Origin: the human T2T-CHM13v2.0 reference genome, Homo sapiens
Length of the DNA: 64,000 nt
Strand: one strand, 5' to 3'
NCBI RefSeq assembly: GCF_009914755.1
Contig: NC_060939.1
The translations under genes and the position numbers were made by a program. Positions 53,813 through 64,000 of the stretch are shown in pieces; within the stretch, counting starts at the first letter, position 1; each line of letters begins with the position of its first letter. The notes beneath the pieces are model-generated. The model did no database searches, was not told where the DNA came from, and saw nothing but the letters and a program-made list of their open reading frames with translations.

Positions 53813-56800
53813 TCTCCAGTGCATTCCGTTCAATCCATTCCATTCCAGTCCATTCCATTCGAGTCCGTTCCATTCCAGTCCATTCCATTCGAGTCAATTC
53901 CATTCAATTCGACATCTTTCCATAACGATCCATTCCATTCTATTCCTTTCGATTCCATTCCATTCTATTTCATTCCATTCGATTCCCTTCCATTGGACTC
54001 CTTTCCATTCGAGTGCATTCCATTCCGTTCCATTTCTTTCCGTTCTGTACAATTCCTACCGTTCGATTTCATTTTGTTCCAGTCCATTCCTTTCGCGTCC
54101 ATTCCATTCCATTTCACTCCATTCGATTCCATTCCATTCGATTCCATTCCACTCGATTCCACTTCGTTCCATTTCATTGCATTCCATTCTATTCACCTCT
54201 ATTGCCTTCCATTCCATTCCATTCGATTACATTCCATGCGATTCCATTCGAAATTGAATCAATTACATTGCTATCCATTACTATTGAGTCCGTTTTATTC
54301 CAGTCCACTGCATTCTGGTCCATTCCATTTGATTCCATTCCATTCTATTCCATTCCATACAGTTGCATTCCATTGGATTCCATTCTATATCTATAAATTC
54401 AATTCGAGACCATTGCTTTTGAGTCCATTCTATATGATTCCATTCCATTCAAGTCCATTACATTTGGTTCAATTCCATTCCATTCCATTCCCTTCCATTC
54501 CATTTCATTTGATATCAATCCATTCGATTCCATTCCATTCGAGCACATTCCATTCGAGTCCATTCCATTCGATGCCATTCCATTTGATTCTATTCCATTA
54601 GTCTCCTTTCAATTCCATTAATCTCCATTCCATTCCATTCTACTCCAACTGATTCCATTCCATTCTATTCCTTTCCATTCCATTTCATTCCATTCCATTC
54701 CATTTCATTCCATTCCATTCCATTCGCTTCCATTCCGTTCGTGTCCATTCCACTCCAGTCCATCCCATTCGTGTCCATTCCATTCCAGTCCATTCCATTT
54801 GTGTCCACTGCATTCCATTCCACTCCATTCCATATTACTCCATTACACTCCATTCCATTCTATTACTTTCATTTCCATTCAATTCCATTCCATTTGATTC
54901 CATTCCACTCGGTTTCATTCCATTTGAGTCCATTCCATTCCATTCCATTCCATTCCATTCCATTCCATTCCGTTCCATTCCTTTCAGTTCCATTCCATTC
55001 TGTTCCATTCCATTCCGTTCCATTCCATTCCATTCCATTCCCTTCCATTCCATTCCATTCCATTCCATTCCATTCCATTCCATTCGGTAACATTCCATAT
55101 TGTTCCATTCGATTCCATTTGAATCCATCCATTCCAGTCCATTCCATTCGATTCCATTCCATTCCTTTCAATTCCCTTCCATTCCATTCCATTCCACTTG
55201 ATTCCACTCCATTCCCTTCCACTGCATTTCATTCGATTCCATTCCATTGCATTGCATTCCATTCCTTTGGATTGCATTCCATTCGATTCCATTCCATTCG
55301 AATCAATTACATAGCAATCCATTACATTCGAGTCTATTCTATTCCGTTCCATTCGATTTCGTTCCAATGCATTCGATTCCATTCCATTCGATTCCATTCC
55401 ATGCTATTGCATTCCATTCGATTAAATTATATTCGAATAAGTTCCATTCAAGACCATTTCTTTTGAGTCCATTCTATTTGAGTCCATTCCCTTTGATTCC
55501 ATAACATTTGAGTCCATTCAATTCCATTCCTTTCGTTTCCATTCCATTTGATGCCATTCCATTCAATTCTGTTCTACTCGACTCCAATACATTCAATTCC
55601 ATTCCATCCGATTCCATTACATTCTTTTCATTTCTTATCCATTTCAAGCCATTCCATTCCATTCCATTCCACTCGTTTCCTTTCCATTCGAGTCCATTCC
55701 TCTCCAGTCCATTCCATTCAATCCATCCCATTCCAGTCCATTCCATTCGAGTCCATTCCCTTCCAGTCCATTCCATTCGAGTTAATTCCATTCCATTCGA
55801 TGTCTTTCCATAACGATCCATTCCATTCTATTCCTTTCGATTCCATTCCATTCTATTTCATTCCATTCGATTCCCTTCCATTGGACTCCTTTCCATTCGA
55901 GTGCATTCCATTCCGTTCCGTTTCTTTCCGTTCTGTACGATTCCTACCGTTCGATTTCATTTTGTTCCAGTCCATTCCTCTCGCGTCCATTCCATTCCAT
56001 TTCACTCCATTCGATTCCATTCCACTCGATTCCACTTCGTTCCATTTCATTGCATTCCGTTCTATTCAACTCTATTGCCTTCCATTCCATTCCATTCGAT
56101 TACATTCCATGCGATTCCATTCGAAATCGAATCAATTACATTGCAATCCATTACTATTGAGTCCGTTTTATTCCAGTCCACTGCATTCTGGTCCATTCCA
56201 TTTGATTCCATTCCATTCTATTCCATTCCATACAGTTGCATTCCATTGGATTCCATTCTATATCTATAAATTCAATTCGAGGCCATTGCTTTTGAGTCCA
56301 TTCTATATGATTCCATTCCATTCAAGTCTATTACATTTGGTACAATTCCCTTCCATTCCATTCCCTTCCATTCCATTCCATTTGATATCAATCCATTCGA
56401 TTCCATTCCATTCGAGCACATTCCATTCGAGTCCATTCCATTCGATGCCATTCCATTTGATTCTATTCCATTAGTCTCCATTCAATTCCATTAATCTCCA
56501 TTCCATTCCATTCTACTCCAACTGATTCCATTCCATTCTATTCCTTTCCATTCCATTTCATTCCATTCCATTCCATTCTATTCCATTCCATTCCATTTCA
56601 TTCCATTCCATTCCATTCGCTTCCATTCCATTCGTGTCCTTCCACTCCAGTCCATTCCATTCGTGTCCATTCCATTCCAGTCCATTCCATTTGTGTCCAC
56701 TGCATTCCATTCCACTCCATTCCATATTATTCCATTACACTCCATTCCATTCTATTACTTTCATTTCCATTCAATTCCATTCCAGTTGATTCCATTCCAC

Positions 56801-57543
56801 TCGGTTTCATTCCATTTGAGTCCATTCCATTCCATTCCATTCCATTCCGTTCCATTCCATTCCATTCCGTTCCATTCCTTTCAGTTCCATTCCATTCTGT
56901 TCCATTCCATTCCATTCCATTCCATTCGGTACCATTCCATATTGTTCCATTCGATTCCATTCGAATCCATTCCATTCCAGTCCATTCCATTCGATTCCAT
57001 TCCATTCCTTTCAATTCCATTCCATTCCATTCCATTCCACTTGATTCCACTCCATTCCCTTCCACTGCATTCCATTCGATTCCATTCCATTGCATTGCAT
57101 TCCATTCCATTGGATTGCATTCCATTCGATTCCATTCCATTCGAATCAATTACATAGCAATCCATTACATTCGAGTCTATTCTATTGTGTTCCATTCGAT
57201 TTCGTTCCAATCCATTCGATTCCATTCCATTCGATTCCATTCCATACTATTGCATTCCATTCGATTAAATTATATTCGAATAAGTTCCATTCAAGACCAT
57301 TTCTTTTGAGTCCATTCTATTTGAGTCCATTCCCTTTGATTCCATAACATTTGAGTCCATTCAATTCCATTCCTTTCGTTTCCATTCCATCTGATGCCAT
57401 TCCATTCAATTCTGTTCTACTCGACTCCAATACATTCAATTCCATTCCATCCGATTCCATTACATTCTTTTCATTTCTTATCCATTTCAAGCCATTCCAT
57501 TCCTTTCCATTCCACTCGTTTCCTTTCCATTCGAGTCCATTCC

Positions 57544-60500
57544 ACTCCACTCCATTCCATTCGAATGCATTTCACTCCAGTCCATTCCATTCGAATTCAT
57601 TTCACTCCAGTCCATTAAATTCGAGTACATTCCATTCCATTCTATTCAATGCCATTCCATTCGATTCTATTCCTTTTGACACCATTCCGTTCCATCCGAT
57701 TCCATTCCATTGTATTCCATTCAATTCCATTCCATTGCATTCCATTCCATTCCATTCGTTTCCATTTCATTCTAATTCATTCCGCTCAAGTCCATTCCAT
57801 TCGAGTCCATTCCCTTCCAGTCCATTCCAATAGAGTCCATTGCTTTCCATTCCATTCGATATCTTCCCATTACAGTCCATTCCATTCTATTCCTTTGGTT
57901 CCCATTCAATTCAATTCCATTTGATTACATTTCATTTGATTACATTCCATTCGACTCCATTCCATTCGAGTCCATTCCATTCCAGTCCATTCCATTCGAT
58001 TCCATTCCATTCGATTCCATTCCACTCATTTCCACTCCATTGCATTCCATTGCATTCCATTCTATTCCATTCCATTGCATTCCATTCCTTTCGATTCCAT
58101 TCCATTCGAATCAATTACATTGCAATGCATTACTTTCATGCCCTTTCTATTAAAGTCCAATGCATTATGGTCCATTCCATTCAATTCCATTCTATTCCAT
58201 TCCATTCGAATCAATTACATTGCAATCCATCACATTCAAGTACCTTCTGTTCCAGTCCATTCAATTCTGCTCTATTCCATTCAATTCCATTCCCTTTGTT
58301 TCCATTCCATTCTTGTACATTCCATTGGATTCCATCTCATTGAAATAAGTTCTATTCGAGACCATTTCTTCGAGTCCAATCAATTTGAGTCCATTCCATT
58401 CGAGTCCATTACATCTGGGTCTATTCCATTCCATCCCATTCCATTCGATGCCATTCAATTTGATTCTTTTCCTTTCGGCTCCATTCCTTTCCTTTCAGTT
58501 CCATCGGATTCCATTCCATTCTATTCCTTTCCATTTCATTGCATTCCATTCCATTCCACTGGAGACCATTCCACTTCAGTGCATTCCATTCCAGTGTATT
58601 CCATTCCATTCCATTCCATTCCATTCCATTCCATTCCATTCCATTCCATTCCATTCGATATCTTTCCATTACACTCCATTCCATTGTATTCCTTTACAGT
58701 CCATTCATTTCCATTCTATTCGATTCCATTCAATTCAATTCCATTACATTCGACTCCATTTCATTCGAGTCCATTGCTATCCATTTCATTCCAATTCTTT
58801 CTGTTCTATTCCATTCCGTTCGATTCCATTTTGTTCCAGTCCATTCCATTCGAGTCCATTGCTTTCCAGTGCAATTCATTTGATTCCACTCCATTCGATT
58901 CCATTCCACTCAATTCCACTCCGTTCCATTCCTTTGCGTTCCTTTCTATTCCATTCCATTGCATTCCATTCCATTCCATTCCATTTGTTTACATTCCATT
59001 GAATTCCAATCCAGTTGAATCAATTACATTGCAGTCCATTACATTCGAGTCTGTTCTATCCCAGTTCATTCGATTCTGGTGCATTCCATTGGATTCCTTT
59101 CCATTCGATACCATTCCATACTATTGCATTCCATTCGATTCCATTGTTTTCGAATAAATTCCAATCGAGACCATTCCTTTCGTGTCCATTCTATTTGACT
59201 CCATTCCATTTGAGTCCAATAAATTTGTGAACATTCCATTCCTTTCCATTCCATTCCATTCCATTCCATTCGGTGCCATTCCATTCCACTCTATTCCATT
59301 CAAGTCCATTCTATTTGATTCCATTCCATTCCATTCGATGCCATTACATTCAATTCTATTCCATTCGACTCCATTCAATTCCATTCTCTTCCAAACGATT
59401 CCATTCCATTCTATTACTTTCTATTCCAATCCATTCCATTCCTTTCCATTCGTTTCCATTCCATTCGAGTCCACTCCACTCCAGTCCATTCCATTCCAGG
59501 CCATTCCATTCAAGTCCATTCCACTCCATTCCATTCCATTCGATATCTTTCAATAACACCCCATTCCATTCTGTTCCTTACAAATCAATTCAATTCCATT
59601 CCATTTGATTCCATTAAATTCGATTACATTCCATTCGACTCCATTCCATTCGACTCTATTCCATTCAAGTCCATTCCATTCCATTCCATTGCATTCCGTT
59701 CGAATCCCTATTCCATTGCATTTTGTTCCAGTCCATTCCATTTGAGTCCATTCCATGCCAAATCATTCCATTTGATTCCATTCCAATCGATTCCATTGCA
59801 CTCGAATCCAGTGCATTCCATTCCATTGCTTTCCATTCTATTACATTCCATTGCATTACTTTGCATTCCATTTGATTACATTCCTTTCGATTGCATTAAT
59901 TTCGAATCAATTACATTGCAATCCATTGCATTCGAGTTCTATTCCAGTCCATTCCAGTCCATTCAAATCAGGCCCATTCCGTTCCATTCCATTCCATTCG
60001 ATTCCATTCCATTCGAATCGATTGCATTGCAATGCTTTACATTCAAGTCTGTTTTATTCCAGTCCAATCCATTCCGGTCCATTCCGTTCGATTCCATTCC
60101 ATTCGATGCCATTCCATACTATTGTATTTCATTCGATTCCATTCTATTCAAATAAATTCCACTCGAGACCATTCCTTTGAGTCCATTCTATTTGAGTCCA
60201 TTCCATTCGAGTCCATTACATTTGGGTCCATTCCATTCAATTCCAATGCAATCCATTCCATTCGATGTCACTCCATTCATTTTTATTCCATTAGAATCCA
60301 TGTCATTCGAGTCCATTCCATTCTATTCCATTCCACTCCATTCCATTCCATTCCATTCCACTCCATTCCATTCGTTGCCGTTCCATTCAATTCTATTATA
60401 TTCCACTCCATTTAATTCCATTCCATTCCATTCCATTCTATCCAATTCCGTTCCATTCTATTCCTTTAAATTCTTCCATTCCATTCCATTCGTTTCCATT

Positions 60501-60547
60501 CCATTCGAGTAAAGTCCACTCCAGTCCTTTCCATTCGAGTCCATTCC
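57544..60547 (+). repeat. 3,004-bp diverged HSat3 block (copy 2)
   Basis: Near-identical to 50829-53812, with +15 bp and +5 bp in pure pentamer tracts and a few substitutions. Confidence 0.92.
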
Positions 60548-63500
60548 TCTCCAGTGCATTCCGTTCAATCCATTCCATTCCAGTCCATTCCATTCGAGTC
60601 CGTTCCATTCCAGTCCATTCCATTCGAGTCAATTCCATCCCATTCGATGTCTTTCCATAACGATCCATTCCATTCTATTCCTTTCGATTCCATTCCATTC
60701 TATTTCATTCCATTCGATTCCCTTCCATTGGACTCCTTTCCATTCGAGTGCATTCCATTCCGTTCCATTTCTTTCCGTTCTGTACAATTCCTACCGTTCG
60801 ATTTCATTTTGTTCCAGTCCATTCCTTCCGCGTCCATTCCATTCCATTTCACTCCATTCGATTCCATTCCATTCGATTCCATTCCACTCGATTCCACTTC
60901 GTTCCATTTCATTGCATTCCATTCTATTCACCTCTATTGCCTTCCATTCCATTCCATTCGATTACATTCCATGCGATTCCATTCGAAATTGAATCAATTA
61001 CATTGCTATCCATTACTATTGAGTCCGTTTTATTCCAGTCCACTGCATTCTGGTCCATTCCATTTGATTCCATTCCATTCTATTCCATTCCATACAGTTG
61101 CATTCCATTGGATTCCATTCTATATCTATAAATTCAATTCGAGACCATTGCTTTTGAGTCCATTCTATATGATTCCATTCCATTCAAGTCCATTACATTT
61201 GGTTCAATTCCATTCCATTCCATTCCCTTCCATTCCATTCCAGTTGATATCAATCCATTCGATTCCATTCCATTCGAGCACATTCCATTCGAGTCCATTC
61301 CATTCGATGCCATTCCATTTGATTCTATTCCATTAGTCTCCTTTCAATTCCATTAATCTCCATTCCATTCCATTCTACTCCAACTGATTCCATTCCATTC
61401 TATTCCTTTCCATTCCATTTCATTCCATTCCATTCCATTTCATTCCATTCCATTCCATTCGCTTCCATTCCGTTCGTGTCCATTCCACTCCAGTCCATCC
61501 CATTCGTGTCCATTCCATTCCAGTCCATTCCATTTGTGTCCACTGCATTCCATTCCACTCCATTCCATATTATTCCATTACACTCCATTCCATTCTATTA
61601 CTTTCATTTCCATTCAATTCCATTCCATTTGATTCCATTCCACTCGGTTTCATTCCATTTGAGTCCATTCCATTCCATTCCATTCCATTCCATTCCATTC
61701 CATTCCGTTCCATTCCTTTCAGTTCCATTCCATTCTGTTCCATTCCATTCCGTTCCATTCCATTCCATTCCATTCCGTTCCATTCCATTCCATTCCATTC
61801 CATTCCATTCCATTCCATTCCATTCGGTAACATTCCATATTGTTCCATTCGATTCCATTTGAATCCATCCATTCCAGTCCATTCCATTCGATTCCATTCC
61901 ATTCCTTTCAATTCCCTTCCATTCCATTCCATTCCACTTGATTCCACTCCATTCCCTTCCACTGCATTTCATTCGATTCCATTCCATTGCATTGCATTCC
62001 ATTCCTTTGGATTGCATTCCATTCGATTCCATTCCATTCGAATCAATTACATAGCAATCCATTACATTCGAGTCTATTCTATTCCGTTCCATTCGATTTC
62101 GTTCCAATCCATTCGATTCCATTCCATTCGATTCCATTCCATGCTATTGCATTCCATTCGATTAAATTATATTCGAATAAGTTCCATTCAAGACCATTTC
62201 TTTTGAGTCCATTCTATTTGAGTCCATTCCCTTTGATTCCATAACATTTGAGTCCATTCAATTCCATTCCTTTCGTTTCCATTCCATTTGATGCCATTCC
62301 ATTCAATTCTGTTCTACTCGACTCCAATACATTCAATTCCATTCCATCCGATTCCATTACATTCTTTTCATTTCTTATCCTTTTCAAGCCATTCCATTCC
62401 ATTCCATTCCACTCGTTTCCTTTCCATTCGAGTCCATTCCTCTCCAGTCCATTCCGTTCAATCCATTCCATTCCAGTCCATTCCATTCGAGTCCATTCCC
62501 TTCCAGTCCATTCCATTCGAGTCAATTCCATTCCATTCGATGTCTTTCCATAACGATCCATTCCATTCTATTCCTTTCGATTCCATTCCATTCTATTTCA
62601 TTCCATTCGATTCCCTTCCATTGGACTCCTTTCCATTCGAGTGCATTCCATTCCGTTCCGTTTCTTTCCGTTCTGTACGATTCCTACCGTTCGATTTCAT
62701 TTTGTTCCAGTCCATTCCTCTCGCGTCCATTCCATTCCATTTCACTCCATTCGATTCCATTCCACTCGATTCCACTTCGTTCCATTTCATTGCATTCCGT
62801 TCTATTCAACTCTATTGCCTTCCATTCCATTCCATTCGATTACATTCCATGCGATTCCATTCGAAATCGAATCAATTACATTGCAATCCATTACTATTGA
62901 GTCCGTTTTATTCCAGTCCACTGCATTCTGGTCCATTCCATTTGATTCCATTCCATTCTATTCCATTCCATACAGTTGCATTCCATTGGATTCCATTCTA
63001 TATCTATAAATTCAATTCGAGGCCATTGCTTTTGAGTCCATTCTATATGATTCCATTCCATTCAAGTCTATTACATTTGGTATAATTCCCTTCCATTCCA
63101 TTCCCTTCCATTCCATTCCATTTGATATCAATCCATTCGATTCCATTCCATTCGAGCACATTCCATTCGAGTCCATTCCATTCGATGCCATTCCATTTGA
63201 TTCTATTCCATTAGTCTCCATTCAATTCCATTAATCTCCATTCCATTCCATTCTACTCCAACTGATTCCATTCCATTCTATTCCTTTCCATTCCATTTCA
63301 TTCCATTCCATTCCATTCTATTCCATTCCATTCCATTTCATTCCATTCCATTCCATTCGCTTCCATTCCATTCGTGTCCATTCCTCTCCAGTCCATTCCA
63401 TTCGTGTCCATTCCATTCCAGTCCATTCCATTTGTGTCCACTGCATTCCATTACACTCCATTCCATATTATTCCATTACACTCCATTCCATTCTATTACT

Positions 63501-64000
63501 TTCATTTCCATTCAATTCCATTCCATTTGATTCCATTCCACTCGGTTTCATTCCATTTGAGTCCATTCCATTCCATTCCATTCCATTCCATTCCATTCCA
63601 TTCCGTTCCATTCCTTTCAGTTCCATTCCATTCTGTTCCATTCCATTCCATTCCATTCCATTCCATTCCATTCCATTCGGTACCATTCCATATTGTTCCC
63701 TTCGATTCCATTCGAATCCATTCCATTCCAGTCCATTCCATTCGATTCCATTCCATTCCTTTCAATTCCATTCCATTCCATTCCATTCCACTTGATTCCA
63801 CTCCATTCCCTTCCACTGCATTCCATTCGATTCCATTCCATTGCATTGCATTCCATTCCATTGGATTGCATTCCATTCGATTCCATTCCATTCGAATCAA
63901 TTACATAGCAATCCATTACATTCGAGTCTATTCTATTCTGTTCCATTCGATTTCGTTCCAATCCATTCGATTCCATTCCATTCGATTCCATTCCATACTA

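Larger units (their letters stand above)
1..64000 (+). repeat. Human Satellite III (HSat3) array, diverged (CATTC)n; pyrimidine-rich strand on + throughout
   Basis: Continuous CATTC pentamers with typical variants (TTCGA, GTCCA, TTGCA, TTTGA). No unique sequence and no strand switch seen. Lacks the CGATGATTCC/ATGATG motif typical of HSat2. Confidence 0.98.
47290..64000 (+). repeat. ~6.73-kb higher-order repeat (two 1.8-kb-type units plus a 3-kb diverged block), ~2.5 copies, running off the right edge
   Basis: Offsets 48807->55548 (6741), 50636->57351 (6715), 52285->59015 (6730), 55548->62288 (6740). KpnI only at 50213, 56928 and 63679; the intervening unit has GGTAAC. Confidence 0.92.

Noticed and set aside
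1-64000. Hundreds of ORFs (FHSIP-rich on +, MEWNG-rich on -), up to 364 aa
   Set aside because: A perfect CATTC/GGAAT repeat has no stop codon in any frame. The ORFs overlap in all frames, recur with the repeat and resemble no real protein.
1-64000. CRISPR-like or other prokaryotic repeat-spacer system
   Set aside because: No unique spacers and no adjacent genes; all intervening sequence is degenerate pentamer.
1-64000. Assignment to HSat2 (chr1/16) or Yq12 DYZ1
   Set aside because: No ATGATG-type HSat2 motif; the base period is 1.79 kb rather than the ~3.56 kb of DYZ1.
1-64000. Inversion, long palindrome or telomeric repeat
   Set aside because: No GGAAT-oriented tract or TTAGGG array was seen on the + strand; only 4-6-bp palindromes occur.

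Overview
The whole 64-kb window is one uninterrupted, single-orientation array of human-type Satellite III (HSat3; diverged (CATTC)n on +, (GGAAT)n on -). It contains no credible gene, RNA gene, transposon or CRISPR array; every ORF in the track is a by-product of the pentamer. The dominant unit is ~1,794 bp with typically one KpnI site, which fits the chromosome 15p D15Z1 1.8-kb KpnI satellite (inferred, not aligned). The interest lies in the nested architecture: 5-bp pentamer -> ~0.83/0.96-kb ancient paralogous halves -> 1.79-kb unit (with recurrent deleted or duplicated variants) -> a near-perfect 24.5-kb-period duplication (~1.8-25.3 kb vs ~26.3-49.8 kb, separated by a ~1-kb orphan segment) -> a switch at ~47-50 kb into a ~6.73-kb higher-order repeat. 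That repeat carries a ~3-kb block of more diverged HSat3 sitting precisely inside a 1.8-kb unit between 23-bp direct repeats. All comparisons were made by eye and from ORF-track offsets, so boundaries are approximate and difference counts are minima.
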